Shown: positions 1 to 14,640 of the stretch, in pieces
How positions within the stretch are numbered: the stretch's first letter is position 1
How the letters are laid out: the number at the start of each line of letters is the position of its first letter
Assembly (NCBI GenBank): GCA_037141865.1
Contig: JBAXBQ010000003.1
Coordinates: 21,072-85,071 of the forward strand
Source: Comamonadaceae bacterium
Lineage (GTDB): Bacteria > Pseudomonadota > Gammaproteobacteria > Burkholderiales > Burkholderiaceae_C
Length of the DNA: 64,000 nt
Direction: 5' to 3'
Program-made: the position numbers and the translations under genes
Notes under the pieces: generated by a model
What the model was told of the DNA's origin: nothing
The model's database searches: none
The model's input: the letters and a program-made list of their open reading frames with translations, nothing else

Positions 1-408
1 GAACGGCTGATTTAAAACAAAGGTCATTCCACTCCGTGGCCACCAACGGTTGGCTCCCTCTTGGCACGATTCACTTACCTTCGGACCATCGTACCAGCCA
101 ACACCGGATTGCCCATCCGTTCGGGGCGAACCTCTTATATCCCTCTCGATCTCGGTGGCTCGTTCGACCACTGCCTCAACCAAGTTGACGTGTCGCGACT
201 CGACGATCAAGAACAGCAGGGTAATCACAAGCAGCGCAGTTCTCAGCACGAACGCGCTCATATCGATGGTTGCCGTATAGTAGGCCGCGAGCAGACCGCC
301 AACTATCACAAGAAGCCAACCTCTTAGGGCAATCATGTGGCCCTCATGCCGCGTAATGATCCCCTGAATGCGGTCGAGTTCGTGATGAGCTTGCTGCATC
401 TCGTCCAT
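1..408 (-). CDS. hypothetical small membrane protein; C-terminal end runs off the left edge of the window
   Basis: Hand translation, not in the supplied track because there is no stop in the window. ATG at 408-406 is preceded by AGGGGAGA about 9-14 nt upstream. The frame stays open to base 1 (136 codons). Two hydrophobic stretches (GWLLVIVGGLLAAYY, LRTALLVITLLFLIV). No family recognised. Confidence 0.5.
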   Translation of the reverse strand, partial: MDEMQQAHHELDRIQGIITRHEGHMIALRGWLLVIVGGLLAAYYTATIDMSAFVLRTALLVITLLFLIVESRHVNLVEAVVERATEIERDIRGSPRTDGQSGVGWYDGPKVSESCQEGANRWWPRSGMTFVLNQPF

Positions 409-806
409 TGCAATTTTCTCCCCTAGCCTATGCTGCTCAACGGATTTATACCGCAAAACCTACGGATTAATCTGGGCACTGCGGGATAAACTGGTCACGA
501 ATTCCTCCTGAGAACGGCTTTTAGCCTTGATTTCTGCCATTTTGATGCATTTCCATGCTGGTACAAAAATTCTGACAAACTCCGCAAATTGTTTTGCGTC
601 GATTTTAGGCGGCAAACAGTTTTTCCCCGAAACTGAAGGAGCCTCTTGAGCGTCTGCTCCCACTGCAGGAGAGCCCGCCAAGTTAATGAAAACGACCCCG
701 TGATTTCACTGACCGCTTCGGTATCTCGGACTGTGGACGCGAACGTCCGGACGCCCCCTTAATGCCAGGCGTTCAATTCATTCCGGCTCAGCGTGGCTAC
801 ACAACT

Positions 807-4623
<3,817 letters not shown>

Positions 4624-4718
4624 GTCAACCTCTTAATAAATGTCTCTAATTCAAATTAACAACAGACGGGAGTGGATTTTTTCCCAGCCGCCATTTTCCA
4701 CTTTATTTTTATCAGCCA

Positions 4719-6131
4719 TCAGCCTTTGAGTGTCTGTTCCAACACGTGAAGCTGCTGATTTAATTCAGTCATTTGCTGGCGTTCGCCACCAATCTTGCGT
4801 ACCGCGTGCAACACAGTGGTGTGGTCACGGCCGCCAAACAATTCTCCAATTTCCGGGAGACTTTTTTGTGTCAGCTCTTTGGCCAGATACATTGCAATCT
4901 GACGCGGCCTGGCAATACTTGCGGGTCGCTTTTTCGAATACATGTCTGCAATCTTGATTTTGTAATAGTCAGCCACTGTTTTCTGGATGTTTTCCACCGA
5001 AATCTGTCGGTTCTGAATCGACAGCAAGTCGCGCAGCGCTTCACGGGCCAACAAGATGGATATCTCTTTCTGATTGAAACGTGAGTACGCCAAAATCTTG
5101 CGCAAAGCTCCCTCCAATTCACGCACGTTGGAGCGCACATTCTTGGCGACGAAAAACGCGACTTCTTCGGGCATGACAATGCCTTCAACCTGCGCCTTGG
5201 TGATCAGTATGGCAACCCGCATTTCCAGTTCGGGCGGCTCAATTGCCACGGTCAGCCCAGAATCAAAACGTGAAACAAGACGTTCGTGTATATCCGCCAA
5301 ACCCTTCGGATAAGTGTCACTGGTCATCACAATGTGCGACTTCTTGGCAAGCAAAGCCTCGAACGCGTTAAAGAACTCTTCCTGGGTTCTTTCCTTGTTG
5401 GCGAAAAACTGCACGTCGTCAATCAGCAGCAAATCAAGCGAGTGATAGCGCTCCTTGAATTCATCAAAAGTTTTGCGCTGATAGGCCTTAACCACATCTG
5501 AAACGAATTGCTCAGCGTGTATGTAGAGAACTTTGGCTGCAGGCATGTCGGCCAGCAACCGGTTACCCACCGCATGCATTAAATGGGTCTTGCCCAATCC
5601 AACACCGCCGTAAATGAAAAGCGGGTTGTACAAATAGCCTGGCATGCCTGCAACGTGCATCGCTGCTGCGCGCGCCATTCGGTTCGCAGTTCCCTCAACC
5701 AGCGACTCAAAGGTCAGCGCCGTATTGAGTCGGTTCTTGAAGCCGTTGGGTACACGCCCTTCCCCTAACCCTGCCGATTCTTCATTCGGTATCAGCTCCT
5801 CCGACTGCTGGGAAGAAAAGCTTCTGGCCGGCACCTCCCGAGGAGCAAGTGCTAACTCCACTTGGACGGACTGTCCAGAAAACTTACCCAACAAACTGGC
5901 GATACGGGTGCTGTACTGGGCCCTGATCCAGTCCAGTTTGAACCGATTGGCAACAAAAATTGTGACTTTACTCAGATCCTCGGTGACTTTGGCCGACAGG
6001 GGTTTGATCCAGGTGTTGAACTGTTGTTCGGGGAGTTCCTGAGCCAATTGGTCGATGCAAGTCTGCCACAGGCTATGCCCGGCACCCAGACCGGTTGAAT
6101 CCGGTTGGTCAAGGTAGTTTCCCTCTGTCAT
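4719..6131 (-). CDS. dnaA: chromosomal replication initiator DnaA
   Basis: 470 aa. Walker [11 protein letters not shown], Walker [10 protein letters not shown], domain IV ([11 protein letters not shown]). Confidence 0.97.
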   Translation of the reverse strand: MTEGNYLDQPDSTGLGAGHSLWQTCIDQLAQELPEQQFNTWIKPLSAKVTEDLSKVTIFVANRFKLDWIRAQYSTRIASLLGKFSGQSVQVELALAPREVPARSFSSQQSEELIPNEESAGLGEGRVPNGFKNRLNTALTFESLVEGTANRMARAAAMHVAGMPGYLYNPLFIYGGVGLGKTHLMHAVGNRLLADMPAAKVLYIHAEQFVSDVVKAYQRKTFDEFKERYHSLDLLLIDDVQFFANKERTQEEFFNAFEALLAKKSHIVMTSDTYPKGLADIHERLVSRFDSGLTVAIEPPELEMRVAILITKAQVEGIVMPEEVAFFVAKNVRSNVRELEGALRKILAYSRFNQKEISILLAREALRDLLSIQNRQISVENIQKTVADYYKIKIADMYSKKRPASIARPRQIAMYLAKELTQKSLPEIGELFGGRDHTTVLHAVRKIGGERQQMTELNQQLHVLEQTLKG

Positions 6132-6147
6132 TGTCTGTATCAGCTTC

Positions 6148-6156
6148 TGTGGATAG
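6148..6156. promoter_or_regulatory. DnaA box, 1 mismatch (TGTGGATAG; complement CTATCCACA)
   Basis: Read directly, 17 nt upstream of the dnaA start codon. Confidence 0.6.
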
Positions 6157-6196
6157 TTTTAAATTGCTGCTCCATGGATTGTAATTTATGAAGCAT

Positions 6197-6205
6197 TTAT
6201 CCACA
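6197..6205. promoter_or_regulatory. DnaA box, perfect TTATCCACA
   Basis: Read directly in the dnaA/rpmH spacer, in opposite orientation to the 6148 box. Confidence 0.7.
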
Positions 6206-6273
6206 AGGAGGAAATCCCGGCCAGCAAACCCTTCGACAGCTCCAGCACTACAAGCTGTATGTAATGTAAGGTG

Positions 6274-6302
6274 TTGCCGGGATTGAGAAAGTTTGCGATA
6301 AT
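6274..6302 (+). promoter_or_regulatory. sigma70-like promoter candidate for rpmH-rnpA (TTGCCG-17 nt-GATAAT)
   Basis: Hexamers and 17-nt spacing read directly, about 95 nt upstream of the rpmH ATG. Confidence 0.4.
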
Positions 6303-6397
6303 AGCCGGTTCCCCTAATTGTGTTGGGGGAGAACAGACAACGGCCCGCAGCTACTGATTGGTGGTGGGCTGTCATTGAGCCCTTTAGGATTTCCAAA

Positions 6398-6532
6398 ATG
6401 AAACGCACTTACCAACCCTCCAAGATTCGCCGCGCCCGCACTCACGGCTTCCTGGTTCGCATGAGAACTCGTGGCGGTCGTGCTGTGATTAACGCCCGTC
6501 GCGCCAAAGGCCGCAAGCGCCTGGCAGTCTGA
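6398..6532 (+). CDS. rpmH: 50S ribosomal protein L34
   Basis: 44 aa, [44 protein letters not shown]. Internal ATG of track ORF 6320..6532. Confidence 0.97.
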   Translation: MKRTYQPSKIRRARTHGFLVRMRTRGGRAVINARRAKGRKRLAV

Positions 6533-6549
6533 TCCTCACGGTTCCAGTC

Positions 6550-7032
6550 GTGCGCACCTGCTTGCAGTTCTGGCGCCGCATCCAATTGAAGCGATTAACA
6601 ACGCGGAGTCAGTTTCAGGCTGTGCTGGCTGGACCCACAGTAGCTCGCACGACCCATTTTGCATTGCATTGCGTTGCGCTGAACGGACCTGTTGCTATCC
6701 AGGAAACTTTGGAATCTTCGCTCCCGCCCAAGCCGGAACTATTTGGCGTGAAGGATGTGTGGATGGGTGCCATGGTACCCAAACGGTGGGCCAAACGGGC
6801 AGTCACCCGCAATGCCATCAAACGCCAGATTTACAGTGTGAGCGCAAGTTTTGAGTCTGCGCTTCCCAAAGCTGCGCATGTGCTTCGTTTGCGTGCCAGT
6901 TTCGACAGAATCGAATTCCCTAGCGCAACTTCGCAACTGCTCAAAGCCAGCGTTCGCAGCGAATTGCTGCAACTGTTTGCCAGTGCGCTGGCGCGCCCAT
7001 ATTTACCCAAAGCGCAGCTCGGCGCGACATGA
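6550..7032 (+). CDS. rnpA: ribonuclease P protein component
   Basis: Follows rpmH. Basic RNase P protein motif (AVTRNAIKRQIY). GTG start at 6550; an in-frame TTG at 6586 (MKRLTTRSQFQAV) is a plausible alternative. Confidence 0.85.
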   Translation: MRTCLQFWRRIQLKRLTTRSQFQAVLAGPTVARTTHFALHCVALNGPVAIQETLESSLPPKPELFGVKDVWMGAMVPKRWAKRAVTRNAIKRQIYSVSASFESALPKAAHVLRLRASFDRIEFPSATSQLLKASVRSELLQLFASALARPYLPKAQLGAT

Positions 7033-7301
7033 TTAAAGACATGCTCATCGCCCTTGTCCGGGGATATCGCCTGCTGTTGAGCCCTTGGTTGGGATCATCG
7101 TGCAGATTTGAGCCTACTTGCTCGGTGTTTTCAATCCAGGCCTTGCAGCTACATGGCGCCGTCGTCGGTTCCTATTTGACGCTGAAGCGACTGGGTCGTT
7201 GCCATCCCTGGTGCGCCGGTGGTCTTGATTCAGTGCCCACAGCAACTCCCCGGCTATTTACCCAGCTGACTACCTCTCCCACTGAAAAGAAGTCTTCATG
7301 A
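7029..7301 (+). CDS. yidD: membrane protein insertion efficiency factor YidD
   Basis: Motif SSCRFEPTCSVF...GRCHPW. 4-nt overlaps with rnpA and yidC. Confidence 0.9.
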   Translation: MIKDMLIALVRGYRLLLSPWLGSSCRFEPTCSVFSIQALQLHGAVVGSYLTLKRLGRCHPWCAGGLDSVPTATPRLFTQLTTSPTEKKSS

Positions 7302-9010
7302 ACGATATTCGTCGCACCATTTTGTGGGTGATTTTTGGTTTTTCCATGGTTCTGCTGTGGGACAAGTGGCAGGTTTATAACGGAAACAAGGCCACATTTT
7401 TCCCCGGTCCCGCTAGCACCAGCGTCAACGCCAATCCTACGCCAGCTCCGTCCAGTGTGCCAACGGCGGTTCCTGCTGCAAATTCGACGGCTGGCAGTGC
7501 CCAGATGCCTGGGGCCATCGGACAATCGAGTTTGAAGGTGAGCGCGACTGATGTAGCTCATGAGCGCTTTGTGGTGACGACCGACGTGCTCAAACTGACG
7601 TTTGATACCGAGGGCGCCTCACTGGTGCAGACCGCGTTTGTCAAGCACGTTGACATGAGTGACCAGAGCAAAAATTTTGTTTTGCTTGACGAGAATAAGG
7701 ACCGTACCTATGTGGCGCAATCAGGCTTGATCGCGGGGGCAGCAGGGGGCACATTCCCAACGCACAAGACAGTCATGACGCTGGTTCCAGGTGAACACAC
7801 ATTAATGGAAGGTAACAAAGAACTGGTGATCCGATTTGAGTCACCCGAACTGGGCGGTCTCAAGTTGGTGAAAACTTTCACCTTGACCCGCGGTGCCTAC
7901 GCGGTGGCAGTCAAACATGAAGTAGTCAATCTGGGTCCGGTCACAGTGTCGCCCCAGCTCTACCTGCAATTGGTCCGTGATGGTAATAAGCCTTTGGGGG
8001 AGTCATCTTTTTATTCAACCTTCACCGGCCCGGCGATTTATACCGAGGTCAAGAAATACCAGAAGGTGGAATTCAAAGACATCGAAAACAACAAGGTGGA
8101 TGTCGAAAAGACGGCTGAAAACGGCTACGTGGCCATGGTTCAGCATTATTTTGCCAGTGCGTGGTTGTTGGGTGATGGCATCAAACGCGATTTATTCTTG
8201 CGTAAGGTCGACGCCAATTTGTACGCCGTCGGCATGATCACTTCGCTAAACGATATTGCGCCGGGCCGCAGCAAAACGATAGACGCAACATTCTTTGCAG
8301 GGCCGCAGGAAGAAAAAGTGCTCGAATCACTGGCGCCGGGACTCGAGCTGGTCAAAGACTACGGTTGGCTTACCATTTTGGCCAAGCCCTTGTACTGGTT
8401 GCTGGACAAACTGCAAACTTTAATCGGCAACTGGGGTTGGTCTATCATGGCCCTCGTCTTGTTGCTGAAAGCAGCCTTTTACTGGCTCAATGCCAAGGCT
8501 TACGCCAGCATGGCCAAGATGAAAGCCATCAATCCAAAGATAACTGAAATGCGGGAACGGTTGAAAGACAGTCCGCAGCAGATGCAGCAAGAGATGATGC
8601 GCATCTACCGCGAAGAAAAAGTCAATCCGATGGGTGGCTGTTTCCCGATCATGGTTCAGATTCCAGTGTTCATCGCGTTGTACTGGGTGCTGTTGTCCAG
8701 TGTCGAAATGCGCAATGCACCCTGGGTGATGTGGATTCATGACCTCTCGTCACCAGACCCTTTCTATATTCTGCCGATCGTCATGACGCTCACTACGGTA
8801 CTCCAAACCGCCCTCAACCCGGCGCCGCCGGACCCCATGCAGGCCAAGATGATGTGGTTCATGCCATTGGCGTTCAGTGTGATGTTCTTCTTCTTCCCGG
8901 CAGGCCTGGTGTTGTACTGGATCACTAATAACGTCTTGTCGATCGCGCAGCAGTGGGTCATCAACACCCGCATGGGTGTGCCACCGCAATTCAACTTGCC
9001 CAAGTTCTGA
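7298..9010 (+). CDS. yidC: membrane protein insertase YidC
   Basis: 570 aa. Large periplasmic domain, then the conserved C-terminal five-TM core (...[17 protein letters not shown]...). Confidence 0.95.
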   Translation: MNDIRRTILWVIFGFSMVLLWDKWQVYNGNKATFFPGPASTSVNANPTPAPSSVPTAVPAANSTAGSAQMPGAIGQSSLKVSATDVAHERFVVTTDVLKLTFDTEGASLVQTAFVKHVDMSDQSKNFVLLDENKDRTYVAQSGLIAGAAGGTFPTHKTVMTLVPGEHTLMEGNKELVIRFESPELGGLKLVKTFTLTRGAYAVAVKHEVVNLGPVTVSPQLYLQLVRDGNKPLGESSFYSTFTGPAIYTEVKKYQKVEFKDIENNKVDVEKTAENGYVAMVQHYFASAWLLGDGIKRDLFLRKVDANLYAVGMITSLNDIAPGRSKTIDATFFAGPQEEKVLESLAPGLELVKDYGWLTILAKPLYWLLDKLQTLIGNWGWSIMALVLLLKAAFYWLNAKAYASMAKMKAINPKITEMRERLKDSPQQMQQEMMRIYREEKVNPMGGCFPIMVQIPVFIALYWVLLSSVEMRNAPWVMWIHDLSSPDPFYILPIVMTLTTVLQTALNPAPPDPMQAKMMWFMPLAFSVMFFFFPAGLVLYWITNNVLSIAQQWVINTRMGVPPQFNLPKF

Positions 9011-9018
9011 GCCGGAGC

Positions 9019-10425
9019 GTGCTGCCGCGTCATCAAGACCCCATAGTAGCCGTAGCCACTGCCCCCGGTCGGGGTGCGGTGGGCATTGTCCGGATCAGCG
9101 GGAAAAACCTTGAGGCGTTGATACGGGGACTATTTGCACGGCAGCTGAAGCCCCGCGAGGCGACGTATCTGCCCTTTCTTGATCACAATGGGCTAGCCAT
9201 TGATCACGGGTTGGTGATTTATTTTCCGGCACCCCACTCGTTCACCGGTGAGGATGTGCTGGAGCTGCAGGCGCACGGTGGACCGGTCGTATTGCAGCTC
9301 TTGCTGGCTCGTTGTTTGCGAGCCGGTGCCGAACCTGATCCCGTCACCCACGCGCCTCGGCTATCGGGTATGCGAATCGCGCTGCCCGGTGAATTCACCG
9401 AGCGCGCATTCCTCAACGACAAGATCGATCTGGCGCAGGCAGAAGCCATCGCCGATCTGATTGATGCCAGCACCGAGCTCGCCGCCCGCAGCGCCAGTCT
9501 CTCTCTGTCGGGTGCATTTTCAAAGGAAATCCACAGCCTGCGTGACGCGCTGATTCATCTGCGTATATTGGTTGAAGCGACGCTCGACTTTCCGGAAGAG
9601 GAAGTTGACTTCCTGCGCCAGGCAGACGCGCAAGGGCAGCTATCAAAGTTGCAGCAACTCCTGAAAACAGTGTTGCAAAGAGCCCACCAGGGTGCCCTGT
9701 TGCGCGACGGTATCTCGGTCGTGATTGCGGGCCAACCGAACGCTGGCAAGTCATCCCTGCTAAACGCCCTGGCCGGCGCTGAACTGGCGATTGTCACTGC
9801 GATTGCTGGTACCACCCGTGACAGGGTCCAGCAAACCATTCAGATCGAGGGCGTACCGGTGCATGTGATTGACACTGCAGGCCTGCGCGAAAGCGCTGAT
9901 GAGGTTGAAAAGCTTGGTATCGCACGCGCCTGGGATGCCATCGCGACCGCTGATGTTGTTTTGTTTTTACATGATCTGACCCGTTGCGAAGCGACAAATT
10001 ACAAGTTGGATGACGCAGTGATTGCGGAACTGCTAACCCAGAAACTACCGGCCAAAGTACCGATCATTGACATCTGGAACAAGGCCGACGTTGCGGACCG
10101 TACCAGCCGCGAGCGGGGGCTGATGCTGTCGGCTAAAACCGGCGCGGGTCTGGAGGCTCTGCGCCACAACTTGCTTGAGTTAGCGGGCTGGCAGTCGGTA
10201 CCCGAAGGTGTCTACATTTCCCGCGAGCGGCATGTACAAGCCTTGCGCCGGGCGGATATCCATTTGATGCAAGCCACCGCTCATTTGGCGGCCAACGCAC
10301 GGGCTTTGGACCTGCTGGCGGAAGAGCTTCGCCTGGCACAAAGCGCTTTGAGTGAAATCACCGGTGAATTTACGTCAGATGATCTGCTGGGTGTGATTTT
10401 CTCGAAATTCTGTATCGGGAAATGA
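9019..10425 (+). CDS. mnmE: tRNA uridine-5-carboxymethylaminomethyl modification GTPase MnmE
   Basis: N-terminal [23 protein letters not shown]1 [15 protein letters not shown]-terminal FCIGK. Start placed at the GTG at 9019 just after the yidC stop; the track ATG at 8953 would overlap yidC by 58 nt. Exact start uncertain. Confidence 0.9.
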   Translation: MLPRHQDPIVAVATAPGRGAVGIVRISGKNLEALIRGLFARQLKPREATYLPFLDHNGLAIDHGLVIYFPAPHSFTGEDVLELQAHGGPVVLQLLLARCLRAGAEPDPVTHAPRLSGMRIALPGEFTERAFLNDKIDLAQAEAIADLIDASTELAARSASLSLSGAFSKEIHSLRDALIHLRILVEATLDFPEEEVDFLRQADAQGQLSKLQQLLKTVLQRAHQGALLRDGISVVIAGQPNAGKSSLLNALAGAELAIVTAIAGTTRDRVQQTIQIEGVPVHVIDTAGLRESADEVEKLGIARAWDAIATADVVLFLHDLTRCEATNYKLDDAVIAELLTQKLPAKVPIIDIWNKADVADRTSRERGLMLSAKTGAGLEALRHNLLELAGWQSVPEGVYISRERHVQALRRADIHLMQATAHLAANARALDLLAEELRLAQSALSEITGEFTSDDLLGVIFSKFCIGK

Positions 10426-10441
10426 GCTGTTCGGCTGTGCC

Positions 10442-10996
10442 TCAGTGACCGGCGAAATCGATCAACGTGAAAAGTGGCAGGCCAGCGGCCTTGAGCTTGG
10501 CGGATCCGCCAAGCTCCGGCAGGTCGACAATGGCGGCCCCCTCGATCACTTGAGCCCCCAGTTTTTCGAGCAATTTCATGCCGGCCATCATGGTGCCGCC
10601 GGTGGCAATCAGGTCGTCGATCAGCAACACGCGGTTACCGGGCTTGACAGCATCCGTGTGCAATTCCACGGTGGCGCTGCCGTATTCCAGCTCGTAGGTT
10701 TCTTCTACTGTGGTGAACGGCAGCTTGCCCTTCTTGCGGATGGGAACGAAACCGACGTTCAGTTCATAGGCAACCACCGCGCCTAAAATGAAGCCACGGG
10801 CATCAAGCCCGGCCACGACTTCGGGGCGCATGGCAGGATCCATGTAGCGATGCACGAAGGCGTCGATCAGTACCCGAAATACCCGGGCTTCCTGCAACAG
10901 GGGTGTGATGTCGCGAAACTGCACACCCGGAGCAGGCCAGTCAGGCACGGTGCGTATGTGGTCTCTGAGGTACTGGTTGACACTGAGGTTTTGCAT
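10442..10996 (-). CDS. apt: adenine phosphoribosyltransferase
   Basis: PRPP motif [13 protein letters not shown]. Start at the internal ATG ([21 protein letters not shown]). Confidence 0.92.
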   Translation of the reverse strand: MQNLSVNQYLRDHIRTVPDWPAPGVQFRDITPLLQEARVFRVLIDAFVHRYMDPAMRPEVVAGLDARGFILGAVVAYELNVGFVPIRKKGKLPFTTVEETYELEYGSATVELHTDAVKPGNRVLLIDDLIATGGTMMAGMKLLEKLGAQVIEGAAIVDLPELGGSAKLKAAGLPLFTLIDFAGH

Positions 10997-11063
10997 TGCG
11001 CGGGATGTTGGGGCTAGAGTCCGTATTGTGCATCGTGCCCGCTTCCTTGCCGGGTTTGACTGG

Positions 11064-13049
11064 TCAACCTTTAAGCAATTTCTGCTCGGCCGAGGCCAAT
11101 GTTTCGGTCTTGCCTGACAGCACCAGCGTATCGCCGCCCTCAATCAGCGGGTCTGCTGCGATCGGCATGACCTTGCCACCATGGCGCCGCAGGCTGACGA
11201 TACGAACGTCCAACCCGTGAATGGAAAGGTGGCTCAGCGGCTTGCCAATGGACTTGGCGCCCGGCGGCAACGTCAGTGATGACAGCCGCTCCTGATGGAG
11301 TTCATCCTGTGAGTCGTCGTCGGCCCCATGGAAGTAGCCACGAAGCAGGTTGTAGCGGGCATCGCGTTGATCCTGCACCATGCGAATCACGCGTCGCATG
11401 GGTACGCCCACCAATGCCAGCGCATGACTGGCCAGCATCAATGAGCCTTCAATCGCCTCCGGCACCACTTCTGTGGCGCCGGCTTGCTGGAGCGCTTCCA
11501 GATCATGGTCATCCTGGGTTCGCACGATGACCGGCACCTGCGGCGCATGGGACCGGATGTGGGCCAGCACCTTCATGGCACTCGGGACCTCAAGGTAGGT
11601 GACGACTACAGCGCTGGCGCGTGCCAGTCCGGACGCGATCAGGGCCTGAAGACGGGCGGCGTCCCCAAAGACCACCGAGTCGCCGGCGGCGGCGGCCTGG
11701 CGCACTCGGTCCGGGTCAAGATCAAGCGCGATGTAGGGAATACCTTCTAGTTCCAGCATGCGAGCCAGGTTCTGTCCGCAGCGGCCATAACCGCAAATGA
11801 TCACATGCTTGTTCACGCTGATTGATTTGCTTGCAATGTTGGTCATTTGCAGCGACTGTTGCAGCCATTCACTGCTCACCAACCTCATCACAATTCGGTT
11901 GCTGTACAAAATGACGAATGGTGTGGCCAGCATCGACAGCACCATGCTGACCAGTATCGGGTTCAGCAGAGTCGGAGGCACCAGCGCGTTGGCTTGGGCC
12001 AGTGTCAACAGGACAAATCCGAACTCGCCCGCCTGTGCCAAATAGAGTCCGGTGCGCAGCGAAACGCCTGAAGTGGCGCCCAATCCCCGCGCCAGCGCCG
12101 CCACCAGTGCGGCCTTGAACAATACTGGCAAAGTGATCAGCAAAAGCACCAGAGGCCACCTCTCCAGTACCAGCCGCCAGTCCAGCATCATCCCGATGCT
12201 GATGAAAAACAGGCCCAGCAAAACATCGTGAAACGGCCGAATATCAGTCTCCACCTGTTGCTTGTATTGCGTCTCCGAAATCAGCATGCCTGCGATAAAT
12301 GCTCCCAGTGCCAAGCTCAAGCCTGCCAGCTCGGTCAACCAGGCCAGACCCAACGTGATGAGCAAAAGATTGAGCACAAACAACTCTTCGCTTTTTCGCC
12401 GTGCCACCAGAGTTAGCCACCATCGAATCACAGTCGGCCCACCGACCAGCAGCAAAGCTATCAATAGCGTTGCCTTGAGTGCCGCCAGCAGCATCGTTTC
12501 GAACAGCTGCTCGGCGCTAGCCCCGAGCGCTGGGATCAGTACCAGCAGTGGGACCACCGCCAGATCCTGAAACAACAATATGCCCATGACCCGCTTGCCG
12601 TGTTCCGACTCCATTTCCAGCCGCTCGGTCATCAGTTTGACCACAATCGCCGTACTGCTCATGGCGAGCGCACCCGACAGCGCGAGTGCCGTTTGCCATC
12701 CCATACCCCACAACTTTGGCGCAATGAATGCCAGACCCATGGCGGCTGCGGTGGCCCCCAACATCGTCAGCAGGACCTGGAAAAAACCCAATCCAAACAC
12801 ATGATTGCGCATGGCGCGCAGCTTGGTCAAGTTGAACTCAAGCCCAATGACAAACATCAGAAAGACAACACCAAACTCGCCCAGGTGGCGCACCCCGTCG
12901 GCGTTCTTCGCCAGCGCCAGCGCATTGGGGCCGATCACGACGCCCACTGCTAAATATCCCAGCATCGGTGGCAGCTTCAAGAACCGACAGGCGACCACAC
13001 CCAGCACAGCGGCCAGTAGGTACAACAATGTGAGTTCGAGCGGGCTCAT
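11064..13049 (-). CDS. CPA2-family monovalent cation:proton antiporter with RCK (TrkA-N/TrkA-C) domains (KefB/KefC/YbaL-like)
   Basis: 661 aa. About 12 TM N-terminal domain, Rossmann motif [18 protein letters not shown]-terminal RCK_C. Confidence 0.85.
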   Translation of the reverse strand: MSPLELTLLYLLAAVLGVVACRFLKLPPMLGYLAVGVVIGPNALALAKNADGVRHLGEFGVVFLMFVIGLEFNLTKLRAMRNHVFGLGFFQVLLTMLGATAAAMGLAFIAPKLWGMGWQTALALSGALAMSSTAIVVKLMTERLEMESEHGKRVMGILLFQDLAVVPLLVLIPALGASAEQLFETMLLAALKATLLIALLLVGGPTVIRWWLTLVARRKSEELFVLNLLLITLGLAWLTELAGLSLALGAFIAGMLISETQYKQQVETDIRPFHDVLLGLFFISIGMMLDWRLVLERWPLVLLLITLPVLFKAALVAALARGLGATSGVSLRTGLYLAQAGEFGFVLLTLAQANALVPPTLLNPILVSMVLSMLATPFVILYSNRIVMRLVSSEWLQQSLQMTNIASKSISVNKHVIICGYGRCGQNLARMLELEGIPYIALDLDPDRVRQAAAAGDSVVFGDAARLQALIASGLARASAVVVTYLEVPSAMKVLAHIRSHAPQVPVIVRTQDDHDLEALQQAGATEVVPEAIEGSLMLASHALALVGVPMRRVIRMVQDQRDARYNLLRGYFHGADDDSQDELHQERLSSLTLPPGAKSIGKPLSHLSIHGLDVRIVSLRRHGGKVMPIAADPLIEGGDTLVLSGKTETLASAEQKLLKG

Positions 13050-13093
13050 TCCCGGATACTAGCAAGTCGCGCCTTCATCTATAAAATGGCGCC

Positions 13094-14095
13094 ATGACAA
13101 GCAACGATAATGCCGCTCGAATCTTTCAGGCGGAGCAGGCAATACGCCTGGCACGGGAGACCCTGGATATCGAGGCCGCGGCAGTTTTGGGTTTGAAACA
13201 ACACCTGGGGCAGTCGTTTGCCCGAGCCGTGGAGATGATGCTGGATGTGACAGGTCGCGTGGTGGTGATGGGGATGGGAAAGAGCGGCCATGTGGGGCGC
13301 AAGATCGCGGCCACCCTGGCCTCAACAGGCACGCCAGCCATGTTTGTGCACCCGGCCGAGGCCAGTCATGGTGACCTCGGCATGATCAAGCCGGTCGATC
13401 TTGTGCTGGCGATCTCGAACAGCGGTGAATCTGAAGAGTTGACCGCCATCCTGCCGGTGCTCAAGCGCATGGGCACACCGCTGATTGCCATGACTGGCAG
13501 GGTGGAATCAACTTTGACCCGCCATGCGGACGTATTTCTTGACTGCGGGGTAGAGAAAGAAGCCTGCCCCCTGAATCTGGCTCCCACCGCAAGTACCACG
13601 GCGCAACTGGCACTGGGCGACGCGTTGGCCGTGGCCCTGCTTGACGCGCGTGGTTTCAAGGCTGAAGATTTTGCCCGATCCCACCCTGGTGGCGCACTTG
13701 GGCGCAAGCTGCTAACCCATGTCAGTGACGTTATGCGAAGTGGTGATGACGTGCCCAGGGTCGGACCAAGCGCCAGTTTCACCGAGTTGATGCGGGAGAT
13801 GAGCGTCAAGGGCTTGGGCGCCACCGCCATAGCCGATGAAAACTTGGCAGTGCTCGGGATTTTTACCGATGGCGACTTGCGCCGTCTGGTTGAGAAAGGG
13901 ATTGACTTGCGTACCAGCACGGCGAAGCAGGTGATGCACGCCAATCCGCGCACCATTGCCAGTGACGCACTGGCCGTGGAAGCTGCCGAATTGATGGAAC
14001 AGCACTGCATCACCAGCGTGCTGGTGCTGGATAAGGCAGGGCGATTGTGCGGTGCCCTGAATAGCAATGACCTGATGCGTGCGAAGGTAATTTGA
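13094..14095 (+). CDS. kdsD: arabinose-5-phosphate isomerase (KpsF/GutQ family)
   Basis: SIS domain (GMGKSGHVGRKIAATLASTGTPA) plus tandem CBS domains; followed by kdsC-lptC. Confidence 0.92.
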   Translation: MTSNDNAARIFQAEQAIRLARETLDIEAAAVLGLKQHLGQSFARAVEMMLDVTGRVVVMGMGKSGHVGRKIAATLASTGTPAMFVHPAEASHGDLGMIKPVDLVLAISNSGESEELTAILPVLKRMGTPLIAMTGRVESTLTRHADVFLDCGVEKEACPLNLAPTASTTAQLALGDALAVALLDARGFKAEDFARSHPGGALGRKLLTHVSDVMRSGDDVPRVGPSASFTELMREMSVKGLGATAIADENLAVLGIFTDGDLRRLVEKGIDLRTSTAKQVMHANPRTIASDALAVEAAELMEQHCITSVLVLDKAGRLCGALNSNDLMRAKVI

Positions 14096-14640
14096 TGACT
14101 CCAAGTCTCAATTTCCCACCGGAATTGTTGCTTTTGGCACAAGGCATCAGGGTGGCTTTCTTTGATGTCGATGGTGTTCTGACCGACGGTGGGCTGCATT
14201 TCACCGCGTCGGGGGAAACGATCAAGCGGTTTCATACGCTGGATGGCCATGGCCTCAAACTGCTAAAGCGTGCCAACATTACGCCGGCGATCATTACGGG
14301 GCGCGATTCAAAACCACTGCGTTTGCGGCTTGCGGCGTTGGGCATTGAACATGTCCATTACGGAACCGAAGACAAACGCCCCGCTGCCGAGCAAACGCTC
14401 AAGGTTTTGGGGCTTCGCTGGGATCAGGTGGCGGCGATGGGAGACGACTGGCCAGATCTTGCCGTTATGCGGCGCAGTGCATTTGCTTGTGCTCCGAAAA
14501 ATGCCCATAGCGAGGTTAAATCAATCTCGCACTTCATCACCAGCGCTCGGGGTGGCGAAGGTGCCGTCAGGGAGTTGTGTGACCTACTGCTGATTGCCAG
14601 TGGCAGGTATGCTGGATTTCTTGCGGACAGCATGCAGTGA
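14092..14640 (+). CDS. kdsC: 3-deoxy-D-manno-octulosonate-8-phosphate phosphatase (HAD-IIIA, YrbI)
   Basis: FFDVDGVLTDG HAD motif I, GDDWPD motif; 4-nt overlap with kdsD. Confidence 0.9.
   Translation: MMTPSLNFPPELLLLAQGIRVAFFDVDGVLTDGGLHFTASGETIKRFHTLDGHGLKLLKRANITPAIITGRDSKPLRLRLAALGIEHVHYGTEDKRPAAEQTLKVLGLRWDQVAAMGDDWPDLAVMRRSAFACAPKNAHSEVKSISHFITSARGGEGAVRELCDLLLIASGRYAGFLADSMQ

Noticed and set aside
460-681. 73-codon minus-strand ORF between the left-edge gene and gyrB.
   Set aside because: It starts at TTG with no SD and no recognisable domain, and it sits in AT-rich DNA where open frames arise easily. It is kept only as context in the left-edge finding.
8953-9018. N-terminal extensions in the ORF track: mnmE from 8953, apt to 11143, ptsI from 17459, marC to 31829, tgt to 35446, pldA to 38294, hemE to 46557, LysR to 21870, AEC from 40281.
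   Set aside because: The extensions overlap neighbouring genes or are Arg/Trp/Cys-rich junk. Conserved N-termini begin at internal start codons, which I located by hand.
13366-14250. Long ORFs antisense to, or out of frame with, recognised genes. Examples: 13366..14250 (opposite kdsD), 19351..20244 (FAD oxidase), 35589..36581 (AidB-like), 37774..38595, 45052..45945 (hemE), 55042..55779 and 55850..56566, 62147..62926, 17735..18406.
   Set aside because: These are typical mirror ORFs of a roughly 60% GC genome. Their translations are Arg/Ala/Gly/His-rich and low in complexity with no motifs, while the opposite strand carries unmistakable family signatures.
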